Source: the human T2T-CHM13v2.0 reference genome, Homo sapiens
Reading direction: 5' to 3' (one strand)
Assembly: GCF_009914755.1 (NCBI RefSeq)
Contig: NC_060927.1
Length of the DNA stretch: 64,000 nucleotides
Of this stretch, positions 14,817 to 26,947 are shown piece by piece; position 1 is the first letter of the stretch; each line of letters opens with the position of its first letter. A program made the translations under genes and the position numbers. The notes under the pieces are model-generated. The model searched no databases. It was not told the origin of the DNA and worked only from the letters and a program-made list of their open reading frames with translations.

Positions 14817-15300
14817 ATGGAAAATCAAAACAGCCACCTTGTCCTTCCTGAGTCCTTAAAGCTTTTGTTATTAAAGTTTCTGCATTCCATGACTCATCAT
14901 GGAAAAGATAAGATGATCCAAATTGAATATATTGATGTGGTGACTTATAAATTGCAAAAACAGTTTAACACCAATGTTTGTTTCCATATTCCTGGGAAGA
15001 CAATCAAACCTTCAGGTACCTTTGGTTACCTGATGGGTCATTTACACATCTATAAAGGGATTTAATTCAATTGTCATTTTCAATGCATGTTTTATAACAG
15101 TTAATTATTATGCCTCAGTATATTTTCACCAGGTAAAGAAAGCATTTATGATTCACTAAGGACAGTTAACCCCTTCACAATCTAGAATCTGAAGATTGGA
15201 TCTTCTGAAAACATCAGAGAAAGACTCTCCTTGCCATCCACACTGCAACAAAACTTTGGAACCTTGAACCTTGGATACATAATCTCACAACTGAGAAGGA
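14817..15300 (+). pseudogene. Decayed pol integrase remnants (N-terminal zinc-binding part and C-terminal part; catalytic core mostly missing)
   Basis: ORF has LVLPESLK...FLHSMTHHGKDKM (HxxTHxG) and CFHIPGK; later HTATKL..LEPWIH plus frameshifted ISQLRR, a typical integrase C-terminus. Confidence 0.7.
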
Positions 15301-15679
15301 TCCCTCCACATTCTTGGAACTGTACACCCATTGGAACCCTTAAAGTAAAACTAACCAGGAAAGTTTCTCCCCAGAAGATGGCATCCTTGATGTGAACAGC
15401 TTTTCCCAAGATCACAGATCAACACTTCTACTATCATGAGACTCTTACCTTTGAATATTTTCCTTGTTTATGCCTCTGTGAACAATAGAAATGAAAAGGG
15501 GTCTATTATGTGCACTTACAGGGTATACTTTTATTTGTTAAGAACTTTGCAGCCAGTATTATACATGAATAACCTTATACTTAGATAGATTAAAAAATGA
15601 AGTCCCAAGGTAGGGGAGAAACTTTAATGGTACATACATTGCCTCATAATCCGTCAAAACTCCTTTTAACCTACATCAT

Positions 15680-16241
15680 GGGTTAAAGAGAACATTGCCA
15701 GGAGGCCTTCACTCTTCCACAAGGACATCATTTGTTAGGTCTTTTTTCCATGATTTAGAATAAATAGGCAATAATTAGAAATGTATCCCTCATAATAGGC
15801 TTTATAGCAGATTCTACTGTGAAGGTTAAGGTTACACAACAGACTTTAAATTCTCATGTGAAAGTTACGTTAAATAATAGAATTGGCTAAACAGAACAGT
15901 AACTTTGCAGCTGCCAACACTTGTGGCCTATAGAGAAATACATCAAATGTAGATTATAAAAATTGAGTTGTAGGGGATTAACGAAAAGACTACTCAGTCA
16001 AGCAAGTAGATCTTCATCTAGTTCATTCTTTAATCTACTTAATTTTAAGTGGTTTGGTTTATGGGAACCCTGGGTAAGGAGCATACTCCAAACTCTTGGT
16101 ATTATCCTCCCAATAGTGATAATAATAATCTCCTTGGTGCACTGTATTCTCTCAAAGGTTTTAAATGTTTGCATGCAGCCATCTCTAGAATGTCAAATGG
16201 TCTCTCCAACAGGAATGACAAAAGCTGAAAGAAATGAGTGA
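15680..16241 (+). pseudogene. Decayed env TM remnant
   Basis: GLKR/TLPGG cleavage-like site; KVTLNNRI and LAKQ..AAANTC..NTS (deleted immunosuppressive domain); membrane anchor WFGLWEPWVRSILQTLGIILPIVIIIISLVHCIL. Confidence 0.7.
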
Positions 16242-16728
16242 CCATAAGGATACTGTAACCTACAAATGACGTGCTGAGACCAGAAACCCAAAATGATGGT
16301 AACAGAGAGTGACACTAAGGCCCTAAGTTTTGGTCACACTCTCACCTAAGTGAGAACCTGACCTGAAAGGGGGAATTTTTTAAACAAAATTATGGAAGGC
16401 CATTGTTTTGAACTAAGCTCTTGCACTAGGCCCCAACAGGCCAAACCAAACTAAAATGGAGTTACTCATGCTAAATGTGACATAAACAAACTAAGACTTG
16501 AAGAAAACACATAGATCATAAAACAGACCAGGTTTTGTTTTTCTCCTGTAAACAGGATGTTCCCGCATAAGGAGGTACCCTCTACTCAATCCCTGTGCCT
16601 ACCTTTGTAAAACTCGCCGTTCTACTGTTTCCCAGTGGGTTTCAAGACCAAATAAGTACATTTACAATGGTGATAGTGACATCAATAGCTAAAGTTTTGG
16701 TCATTCTCTCGAAATTGAGAGAATGACC

Positions 16729-16740
16729 AAAAGTGGGGAA
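16729..16740 (+). promoter_or_regulatory. Polypurine tract
   Basis: AAAAGTGGGGAA, 1 nt before the 3' LTR. Confidence 0.8.
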
Positions 16741-16741
16741 T

Positions 16742-17172
16742 TGTTAAAGCAAACTAAATACGGCCTGAGAAGGACTGCATACTTCTATATTTGAGTCCTT
16801 GTGGATGAACTGCAACCTAGCTTAATAGGTACAAGATTGAAAACCTAACTTAGGAGTGTGCACTTCTAACAATAGCTAAGTCTTGCCCAATGCCAATGGC
16901 CATATGTCAACCATTCATACACTGCTGAGTGTTCAAACTGTGTTCAAATAGGGCAAATGTCAAGCTGTGACCTATCCAGCTGTTCTGTAACTCACTTCCA
17001 ATTTCTGTACATCATTTCCGTGTTTTTTTTTTTTTTTTTTTTTTGTCTATAAATCTTCTTCCACCACATGGCTACGCTGGAGTCTCTGTGAATCTGCTGT
17101 GATTTCCCGTCATGAATCGTTCATTGCTCAAACTCCTTTAAATTTAATTGGACCAAAGTTTTTCTTTTATCA
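16742..17172 (+). mobile_element. 3' LTR (MER57A-like)
   Basis: Colinear with the 5' LTR, roughly 10-15% different by eye, with reciprocal CpG decay; T22 run at 17023-17044. Confidence 0.9.
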
Positions 17173-17620
17173 TACCCCAGAGAAATGAAAACTTATGCCT
17201 ACACAAAAATTTGTACAACAAATCAACATAATGAAATATTATTTGTCAATAAAAAGGAATGAAGTACTGTTACATGCTACAACATAGATGAACCTTGAAA
17301 ACATTACACTAAGTAAAAGAAGCCAAGCATGAATTATACATTGTATGATTCCATTTATATGACATGTCCAGAATAGGCAAATCCAGGGACAGAAAGTACA
17401 TCTATCACTGGTTTCATAGTGCTGGTAGGTTGAGGAGAAATGGAAAGTGACTGCTAAAGGATATAGGGTTTTTCTTTGAAATGATGAAAGTATTCTAAAA
17501 TTGATTGTGGTGATGGTTGCATAACTCTGTGGATACACTGAAAACCACTGTGTTGTCACTTTAAAATGGGTAAATTGTATCGTATGTGAATTATATCTCA
17601 ACAAAATTGTTATTTAAAAA
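17173..17620 (+). mobile_element. Old L1 (L1MB7/8-like) 3' end, right part
   Basis: 'aaaaggaatgaagtactgttacatgctacaacatagatgaaccttgaaaac...tgtgaattatatctcaacaaa'. Confidence 0.85.
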
Positions 17621-18044
17621 GTGTTAGGAGCACCCACTCCCAGCTATAAGCCCCTCAAGGACAATGATCATACCTCGGACATAGTAGAAACTCAGGAAAA
17701 CATTTATTGAAATGAAAATCACTTAAGTAGATCAGAATGCAGGCAACAGCTATTTATTACAACTCCACAGATTGCAACATCTTCTAGACCTTGGACATGC
17801 AGCTAGAATTAAGAACTACCAAAAAAATACAAAAATGGTGATATTTGTTCTGTCTTCCATTTCTCAGGTGTCAGCCAGCATCAGAATGTCCATGACTCCT
17901 CTCATTTAATTATACATGGAGAATGTTTCTCCAAACCTGCCTTTTTAGGTGAAACTAATGACTAAAATAAATTTCTCCCACTTAGATGTGTTACTCTAGA
18001 GAACTGAACTGAGAGGTAAGGAAAAGGTATAGAAATTAAAATCG

Positions 18045-18346
<302 letters not shown>

Positions 18347-19639
18347 CTAAAATTGGACATTTTTGTTTGTTTATTAACTGGTTGGTTGGTGTTTGGTTTG
18401 GCTTAAATTGGTTTGACTTGGCTTGGTTTTTGGAGGCAACAAAAACCATAAGGGAAGATTTTAACTTTATAAGAATGTAGTTCACCCTTCCAAATACTGA
18501 TCAGCCCAGACAGTTTTGGTTTGGTTGATTTCTTTGCAGGTTGTGCTCTTTTGGTTCTGCTTGGCCTGGCCTGGCCTGGCCTGGCTTAACTTTGCTTTAC
18601 TTTGTGCGCATTTACCTTTGTTATCCAGAAGTTTTATCAAGCCAGGCATTAGAATACTGAGTCCAGTCGTTATAGGAAAACAAACTAAGACCAAATTTAG
18701 CCATTCTGTTAACAACTGATGGGTAAGACCTGAGAGGAAAGATGACTACTCCCAGACATTCAAGGCATCATTTTAAGAAAATACCGAAGATCAAAAAATT
18801 ACTAAAATAATATGGAAGTAAATCTAACCCCCTACACCCCCATATCAGTTCATGTCACTCTTGGCATTCTTTTATTTCACCAGAAAATTTGGGAATGTAA
18901 ACAAGCTCAGGATAGTCTAAACGGGAAGGGCCTTATTATAGCCTCCAACCCTGGACCCCAGAATAGAGATATGGGAAGAAACAAGGTTGAAAGTGATCAT
19001 TTTCATCACACTTTATCCCTTGGCAGAATTATGCAGATTTATTCTCCTTGCTACCATTCAGCACTAGTGGATATTTTCCCTTTAGGTTGTCATCTGTTCC
19101 TAGAGAAATGTGGCTAACAGAACATCAAGCCTTCCACATGTCAACCGTATAGGTAGAATGCTTTAGAACTCACTGCCAGTTTTATCATTTAGATCTCCAG
19201 GAACACAGTGGAAAGTATCAAACAGTAAAAGATGAGAGACTGAAAACAAGTGTCTGTGCAACCTAGCAGGAAGCATATGCTTCAAGAGGAAGATCATAAA
19301 TGTGGCGAATTACATCCTATGTGTCTACATACTGAATCCAAACAGATTCCTTCTATACAACAGAAATATGTTTTATCTTTTCCCAGGAAGATGCAACATT
19401 GTGAAGGTGTGAATATACATTGTTTTAAATTTCATCTTGCAAATGTATATTTAAGCCCATGAAAAAAAAATGTCAATTTATTGAGTTCTAACCCTAGGTC
19501 TCCATTGTTTCACTGTTGTAAAGCATACCAGGAATCTCTGCCATGCAAAATAACAGCAGTAATGCAAAAATTTGCTTTTATTAGGTGCCTTGACAAGCCC
19601 TCTAAGGCTGCATACTGTTTAGAAGAGTAATAGCAACAA

Positions 19640-20170
19640 CAATAATAATAATAGCAAATACTTATTAATGTGTACTCTATGTCAGGCACTACACCAAGTT
19701 CTATGAACACATTAGCTTATTTAATTCTTACAATAACCCTATTTAATAAATTATTGTACCCATTTCATGCTAAAGAACTATATCAAAGAGACAGTGAGTG
19801 ACTTGTCCAACTCATTTTTGTACCTTTAACCATTACACAATACTATCTCAAAGTCGAAGGAAGTATATACAAGTGTCTAGGACTTGGATTAATAATGGTA
19901 TCTTTGGAGTTTAAATACTTTAATTCTAAAACAACTCAATAACGCATAAAATATGCCTTTAAGAATGTAGAATAGATGTTACATTCATAAAAGTAATATT
20001 TTATAAGTATTACTTGTAAAGTGCTTAACAAAGTGCCTGATACAATTGAAAAATTCAATAAATGGTAGATAATAACCTCTGTTTTACAGATGAAGAAATG
20101 TAACAAGGGTCAAATAATTTACCCAAAATTGCTAGTTAGCAAGTGGCAGAAGCTAGATTGAATGAAAAGT
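19640..20170. mobile_element. Cluster of MIR fragments
   Basis: 'cttattaatgtgtactctatgtcaggcac', 'gtaaagtgcttaacaaagtgcctgatac', 'ctgttttacagatgaagaaatg'. Confidence 0.6.
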
Positions 20171-21369
20171 CCATACTGAAGTTTCAATAAGAAATAAGCA
20201 AGTTTAAAATGTGTATATTTAGCTTACAAAATCTTTCATTCAATATAAATCTGTTAAACAAATGAAGTGAAATATATATCAAATATTTGTAATTTCCCAT
20301 CAATCAAAACTCAGAGTTCATCTGAAAATGAGGTGAAAGTGTGACATATTATATAAAATGTTCATTGAATGAATACATTACCAATCAATTTTTGCACTAA
20401 AAATCAAAGTTGGCGATGCACACTTATTTCTTTACCTCACCCCACCCCCCACCCAACACACACATAAATATCATGGACTAACATGAACAAATAAATGATC
20501 AGGAAATTCCTAATGATTTGTGGTATCAGCATCCGTGGAAACCGGAGAAGGAGATGATGCATCCACACATCAATAAGATTAATGAGTGCTATCAGATTGC
20601 TCTTGCATCCTCTTTTTCAAATTTCTTTCAGCTTGTACATCTAGAGTATCTTCTGCTCTGTATAAATGGCCTTTGTTTCATAAAATCCATGAGATTTTTA
20701 CAACTTGAAATAACTTCTGAATCCTGTGTGAATCCTATGCCCCCTTGATGTCTATAGATTGGATCACCACAATAATGGCAGTAGGTGTCAGTAGCACCAG
20801 GGCTCCAAGCATCTGGAGGTTTCCAGATGCCACACATGTAGCAAATCACTGTTCAGTTATTACAATGAGATGATGTTTTAAATGCATAGTTGTTTAAAAG
20901 TTTCCTTGAGAACTAATTCCCTTATTTAAATACTTTAGTATTTAGAGTTCCAAATAAACGATCTTCTACCAAATTAGTTACATTTTAAATAATAGAAACT
21001 CAGATAGTGCCCCAAGTAGCCTTCCAGCATGTTCACAGAAGACAGTCACCATTTTCAAACTATCATGTTGGAGAAAGAGAACTGTATTTAAAACAAAAAG
21101 GTCCTGGACTTGAGTTCAAGGGTCATGAACAGTTTATTTAAGCTCGCTCAGTCTCAGTTTTTTATCTGTCAAAATAATCATTTACAGGGTTAGTGAAATA
21201 ATTATATGAGATAACATGATCTATAAGCTATAATGTTCTTTCTAGATATTTATTGTTGTTATTGACAAGATACATTGATCCAGGAAGTCTTCCTTGAGTC
21301 TTCAAGACTGGATTAGGTCTTCCTACATGTTCCTGTATCACCCTGTGCTTATTTTATATAGAAGATCCA

Positions 21370-21637
21370 TTGTAACCCAACCTGCATCCCCTTTGCAGCT
21401 TCAGTTTCCATACACAGCCCCTGCAACTCTCTGTCTAGAGCTCTCTTTGTCCACAGGAAATGTTGATTAGCTCAAACACAGGAAAGGTTGAGAATTGCCA
21501 GGTGGTTATCCCAGGAGTAGCCCTCACCCAGTGACTGACTAAAGGTGGTAGATAAATATATTAGCTCCCTCCCTACTGAAAAAACTCTGAGTGTATTCTT
21601 CAGTTTCCAGGAGGAAATCAGGATTCAACCCCAGTTG
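21370..21637 (+). mobile_element. LTR16-like (ERVL) LTR fragment
   Basis: 'agccctcacccagtgactgac...ggtagataaatatattagctccct...actctgag'. Confidence 0.5.
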
Positions 21638-21639
21638 AT

Positions 21640-21812
21640 TTGAATGGAGATCTGCCCTTAATATGGGTGAGCACTATACAACTGGCTGGGGCCCCAAGAT
21701 TGAACAAAAAGGCAAAGGAAAGGTGAATTTTCTCTCTTTCCAGGAACAACTTCTGCTGGAAGTAGTTCCAGCAGAACTTCTTCTCCTGCCCTTGAACATC
21801 AGAACTTCAGTA
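21640..21812 (+). mobile_element. MLT2-like (ERVL) LTR fragment
   Basis: 'agatctgcccttaatatgggtgagcac...gaacaaaaaggcaaaggaaaggtgaatt...ttctcctgcccttgaacatcagaact'. Confidence 0.6.
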
Positions 21813-22517
21813 ATGATCTCTCCCAGTGGTAATAAGGTGTTCACAGGTGTTAAATCAGGAGAGGCCTCACAAAGATGCAGTCATTAGAGGACTTCAGGGT
21901 ATGGTTGCTGATAATAGATATGTATATCCCAGATCTGGATATGCATGGTTAAAATATTCTGTAAGCCTCAGAAAATTAGGAAGCCAGTTAAAGCCACAGT
22001 TCCCCTTTGACAGCAGTGATGGATGAGCTGCCAGACGACTGTGAGAGTGCCAAAGAGAGATCATAGTATCAAGCATCAAAAGTTATTAGCAAGCATCAAT
22101 GTGCATTATCTCCTTTCATTTTAGGGCTAGATGTATCAAAATATGCTATGTTGGCAAACGTGGTGTTTTTAATATATATCATCTGTCTACCTTTCTATAA
22201 TACTTGGCAGAGAAGGCTATTTTTCATAGTGAGTGAAATTATAGGTTGGGAACTAGACCAATAAATGTAAATGCCAATTTTCCTTCTTACTAAAGCAAGT
22301 CATTCAGTCTATTTCTTTTCCTATCTGTAAAATGAGGTTTATATTCCTTCAGTAGATGTTGAAATAATTAAACTATACATATGTGTATATATGTATATAC
22401 ATGTATATATATATATATGTCTGTAGTTTACAATTAAAATATATATATATATAATGTTTGCATGTGTACACAGTGTTTAGTAGAATACCTAATAGTTCTA
22501 AGTGTACTGAAAACATA

Positions 22518-23108
22518 TGTGGTGGTTTTGGCACAGTTTCAACTCAGTGGAACTAGAATTTTGCCTCCCAGAATTCCCTCCTGTGTATGGTTCTAAGCTA
22601 GGATTGGCCACAAGAGAAATTCTCACGAGATTTGGAAGATGGGAGTGAAGCAGCAGCCATTGCCCTTGCAGGCGCTGTGGCAGCCCACACACATCATCAC
22701 TGACCTCTGCCCCATTTGGCTGGCGTGGAGAAGTGCGTAGATCTGGAGCTCCTCCGGCTCCCACTATATCTCCTCCTTTAGCTTCTCCAGGACCTGGGCC
22801 AGATGCATGTGCAGCTCCACAGTGAAGGGTGTCAACTTCTCCTACAGTCACCCACATTGTCAAAATTGGTGGTGGGTGAGAAACAGTCGTGGGTTCTAGT
22901 TCATCTTTATGAATTCCCATTTGTCCTTGCTGTCATTCACATCCAGCCTTTCTTCCTGATCATAGGTCTAGCTGAACCATAGCAACATACAGATAAAGAT
23001 CAGATGCAAAACAACAGCCTGCATAGCCTGTCCCACCAGCTCCCACAATTACTTAAGGTCTAACCCCAAGATAGATTTCTTATTCTATGTCAAGAGCTGA
23101 CTGATACA
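22518..23108 (+). mobile_element. ERVL-class solo LTR (LTR52-like)
   Basis: TG...'ctgactgataCA' ends; 5-bp TSD ACATA/ACATG; 'cccagaattccctcctgtgtatggttct...ggccacaagagaaatt', 'ccaccagctcccacaatt'. Confidence 0.7.
22669..22852 (-). pseudogene. Captured, decayed fragment of apolipoprotein A-IV (APOA4-like) coding sequence inside the LTR
   Basis: Minus-strand translation with 2 frameshifts, GD(L)*EKLTPFTVELHMHLAQVLEKLKEEI*WEPEELQIYALLHASQMGQ(R)VSDDVCGLPQRL, aligns to recalled APOA4 [62 protein letters not shown]. Confidence 0.8.
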
Positions 23109-23851
23109 ACATGGTAGCTTTGTGACAAGATGTGAAAATGAAATTATTTCAGATTCAGTTGTACCTAAGTGGTGCCATACACAAACCTTAAGAGAATAAA
23201 TAATGTGAGGTATCCTGAGATAAATGACAGCAAAAATGATTGTCATTCTTCTGTTTATAATCTTTCAGACCTTTCCCCCTGCACCCGAGATAAAGTTTAA
23301 ACTTGTTTACATAGCACAGAAGAACCTTCATGGTCAAAGTCCACTCTCCAGCCAAACCGGAGCCTCCTTCAATTACTCAACTCTTTTTCTCTCTTCTCCT
23401 CCCTCCCTCCCCCTCTTTCTCCCTCCCTCACTTCCTCCTTTCAAACCTTCTCATAAGCTCTCTCGTCTATAATACCCCACTCTCCTACTCACCCCAAACA
23501 CATACACACTCCTTTCACCTGACTAGCTTTGCTGATTCCTCATATCTCAGCTTATACCTTACTTCTTTTAGAATATCTAACCATACTTTAAGAATCCGGT
23601 TTGGAAGTTGTTCCCTAAGCATTACCTACTTTCTAACCTCCTAGCTTTCCAATCTCCCCTCTTCATTCACATTTGTCTCTCTAATTCCCAGTAATCTTTC
23701 AGAATTTATCTGCTGCTCCTTTCTCCTCTCTAAACTACATTAAATTCCCCTGTATGAGACACTCACTCTTATTGTAGTCCTTATCACACAACATTGGAAT
23801 TAGATTTTTACTCATCATCTCTACTAGACACTTAATTTTCTGGCCACCATT

Positions 23852-24347
23852 TGTGGTGGATGCTGTGATATGCTCCCCAGATCTCCCTTTAAGAATAAAG
23901 GACTTATCCTGGGACTTGGCAGAATTTGAGGGAAAAAAAGAATAAGAAACTTAGTACTGTAGTTTCTGGGAGAGCTGCTGGAGGAGAGCCCTCGGCTACC
24001 AGCGGCTTTGGGGACTGCAAAAAACTGAAAACTGAAAAAAGTCATTTTGCCAAGGTTGTACCCCCTCCTAGGAGTGGCCAGTATTGATGCAGATGTATAA
24101 AGGGCCAGCCCTTCTTGCCCCAGTGCAGAACATATCTGAAAGGTCATTCTTCATTCTTCTAAACTCCTCATATGGTTGCCTGAGGCTTCCATTGAAACTG
24201 CATCACAGTTTAACCTCTCCATCTACCCCATCCAGCTTCTTTACCTTCCCTTCCACAGGTGCTGATCCCATGAGCACCCTCCAATATACCTCCTACACAC
24301 TAATATCTGTCTCAGAGTTTGCTTGCCAGGGAACCTAATCTGTGACA
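23852..24347 (+). mobile_element. LTR16A-like (ERVL) solo LTR
   Basis: 'tgtggtggatgctgtg...ccccagatctccctttaag' to 'tctcagagtttgcttgccagggaacctaatctgtgaca'; TSD CCATT/CCCTT. Confidence 0.75.
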
Positions 24348-24692
24348 CCCTTGTCCCCACCACCCTCAGCACAGGGCCTGGAATAGATAGGGTAGTATTC
24401 AGTAAATACTGGTTGACTTAAAAGGGGAAGACCTCAACAGTCCAAGGAAGGAACACAGCTGGGGGACTACTAGTCAGCTATCTTAAATACTTCAAGTGAT
24501 CTCTAGAAGGCTTATACACTTACCTACCACTTACAAACCTTCTGGATGTTGCTACAACCTCAGCCACTGGCTCCTTTGAGATAATTTAATTATGTAGGGA
24601 ATTCAGCCACTGGCTGAAGGAAACAAACTCTGGCCTAGGTAATTCATGTTACTAGAAAATTACTAGCAAATTAATTCTCTAAATTATTAGTG

Positions 24693-24859
24693 TGTGTACA
24701 CAGTGTTTGGTAGAATACCTAATAGTACTAAGTGCACTGAAAACGTGTAGTGGTTTTGGCACAGTTTCATCTCCATGGAGCTAGATTTAGAATTCCCTTC
24801 GGTATATGGTTCTAGGTTAGCATTGGCCACGAGAAATTCTCACAAGATTTGGAAGGTGG
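24693..24859 (+). repeat. Diverged direct copy of 22463-22642 (flank plus LTR start)
   Basis: 'tgtgtacacagtgttt.gtagaatacctaatagt.ctaagtg.actgaaaac...tggttttggcacagtttca...gagaaattctcac.agatttggaag.tgg' occurs at both places. Confidence 0.9.
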
Positions 24860-25555
24860 ATGGATTCTGTATGAGAATCCATTCCTAAATTACAACAAAA
24901 GAATAGGACATTCAAGGAAGAAAAAGATAAGAATGTATTCTTTACATTATAGAAGAAATAAAAAGTTCAATCTGTCTGAAGTTCACAGTGAAAAGTGATA
25001 GAGAATGAGGTAAGAGTCATATGGGCTATAGAGAGAGCGGTTATTTGTAAAAAAAAAATTGTATCAAAATACTTTAAATTTTTACTGAAGCTAACAATGG
25101 TATTTATTTACTAGTCACAATGGATACTTTTAAATTTTTATTCCATTTTCCAATAAAATCATTAAATTTATGTTTTTTAATTACTCCCTCTAAATCTAAT
25201 CTACTCCCAAAGATTGAGTTATCTTCACAGCACTTCAGGCTCAGATACTTTCTTACTTGTCACTTAACAGAAGAAATTAGTTCTGTTAATAAGGGGAAGG
25301 TAGGAAATATGATAGATGAGTGAAGACAAAATTTTGTTGTGCTGTCTAAGAGAAACCAATATGAAATAGTCTGATTCTAAATATTGTGAATCCTGTTGAA
25401 AGATAAGTGCTTGCAAGATAACTTGACATTCTTCTAAGAATGTATAGACGCTTACTTTGAAAATTTTAGCCATGTAGTTGCATCCAGTTAGATAAACAGC
25501 ATTCATGTTATCTACATCGTAGCAGTTACCACAATCTGAAATTATTTTATTACTA

Positions 25556-25850
25556 TGGGATAGGGGGTGAGATTGGGGAGATGTTGATAAAGGACACAAA
25601 ATTTCACTTAGAAATAAGTTCAAGAGATCTGTAGTACAAGATGATGGCTAAAGTGTATTATATTCTTGAAAACTGCTAAGAAAGTAGATTTTAAGTATTC
25701 TCACTACAAAAAAAGATAAGTATGTGAGGTAATATGTATGTTAATTACATCAATTTGGCCAGTCCAGAATGTATACATATTTTAAAACAACTTTCTGTGC
25801 ACAATAAATATGTACAATTTTTATTAGTCAATTTAAAAATGAAATAAAAT
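25556..25850 (+). mobile_element. L1MA-type 3' end
   Basis: 'aataagttcaagagatctg...tgctaagaaagtagattttaagtattctcactac...tatgtgaggtaatatgtatgttaatt'. Confidence 0.8.
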
Positions 25851-26744
25851 TATCTTGTGATTATTTAATTATTTATATTTGTCTCCCTTCCTAGAATGTT
25901 AATTCCATGGGGGCAGAAATCACGTTTTTATTGTTGTTGTAGCTGATGTTGTTACCCCATTTTATCTCCAGCACTTAGCATAGCACCTCTCTCACAGTTG
26001 GCACTAAATCATTAATTGGGGAATAAAAATGAATAAGTGATGAATAATTGTGAAGTGAAAAAAAGCCATTCTGGAGTATTTGAATTACATTGGTAGCAAC
26101 CTTAGAGATACTGATAAAACTGAGCTAGAGCCATTGAAGCCCTGGTTTAAACCACTGAGCACTCCTTATCTGGTAGAATGGCGAAAAGTAACATTTGTTT
26201 ACTTCTCTTATGCTATTTGTGTGCCTGTATCAAAATGCTATCCCATCAACAGGATAGGGTTGAGGAAAGAGAGAATAAACTATAAATTAAACAATTTTGT
26301 GAGTTAGGGTTCTTTGGTGACAATTAACAGAAAAACTTCTTGACTAACTTAAGTAAAGGGAAATTAGATTACCAAAACAAAATTGCAACAAAACCAAACC
26401 AACAAAAAGCACTGTTGGGATTTTGACTGGAACACGTTGAATATATAGACCAATTTGAGAAAAGCAAACATGTTGACTATACTGAAACCCTAATCTTTGA
26501 AAAGGTATCTCTTCATTAAGAAGTCCTCTATAATGTATTTCAATAAATTTTTATATATTTCTCCTTAAAGGTGCTGCATGTCTTTTGTTAAATTTATTTC
26601 TAGATTTTTCTACACACACATACATACATGCACGTGTGTGTCAATATTTAATATTGTTTTAAAATTACATCTTTTACTGGTTATTTGCTGGACACATGAA
26701 AATTAAGTTGAACAAGGTATATTGATTTTATGGCATATATTATG

Positions 26745-26947
26745 CAGGCTTAGGTGTGTAAAAAGCCACCCCAGATTCAATGGCTTGTGTTCTTGTGCCT
26801 CTGTTATGAGAGGAAGATACATACAATCTTCCACATCCATGAGACATGAGTTTGTTTGTTCACTGTCTTGTACAGAGTATAAATCTGAGTAACTGGTGGG
26901 TGGATATGACTCTCCAGGCAAGTTGTAACACTGATTCCTAAGCCCTG
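26745..26947. mobile_element. Short non-autonomous DNA transposon (hAT-like, possibly MamRep38)
   Basis: Terminal inverted repeats CAGGCTTAGG ... CCTAAGCCCTG around ~200 bp. Confidence 0.45.

Larger units (their letters stand above)
10535..17172 (+). mobile_element. Non-autonomous ERV1 (MER4-group) provirus, MER57A-type LTR-int-LTR
   Basis: Two homologous TG...CA LTRs; 4-bp TSD TACC (10531-10534 / 17173-17176); PBS, PPT and decayed pol/env. Confidence 0.93.

Noticed and set aside
22498-22920. 140-aa minus-strand ORF as a gene
   Set aside because: Lies in an LTR; the APOA4 similarity is mostly in another, interrupted frame
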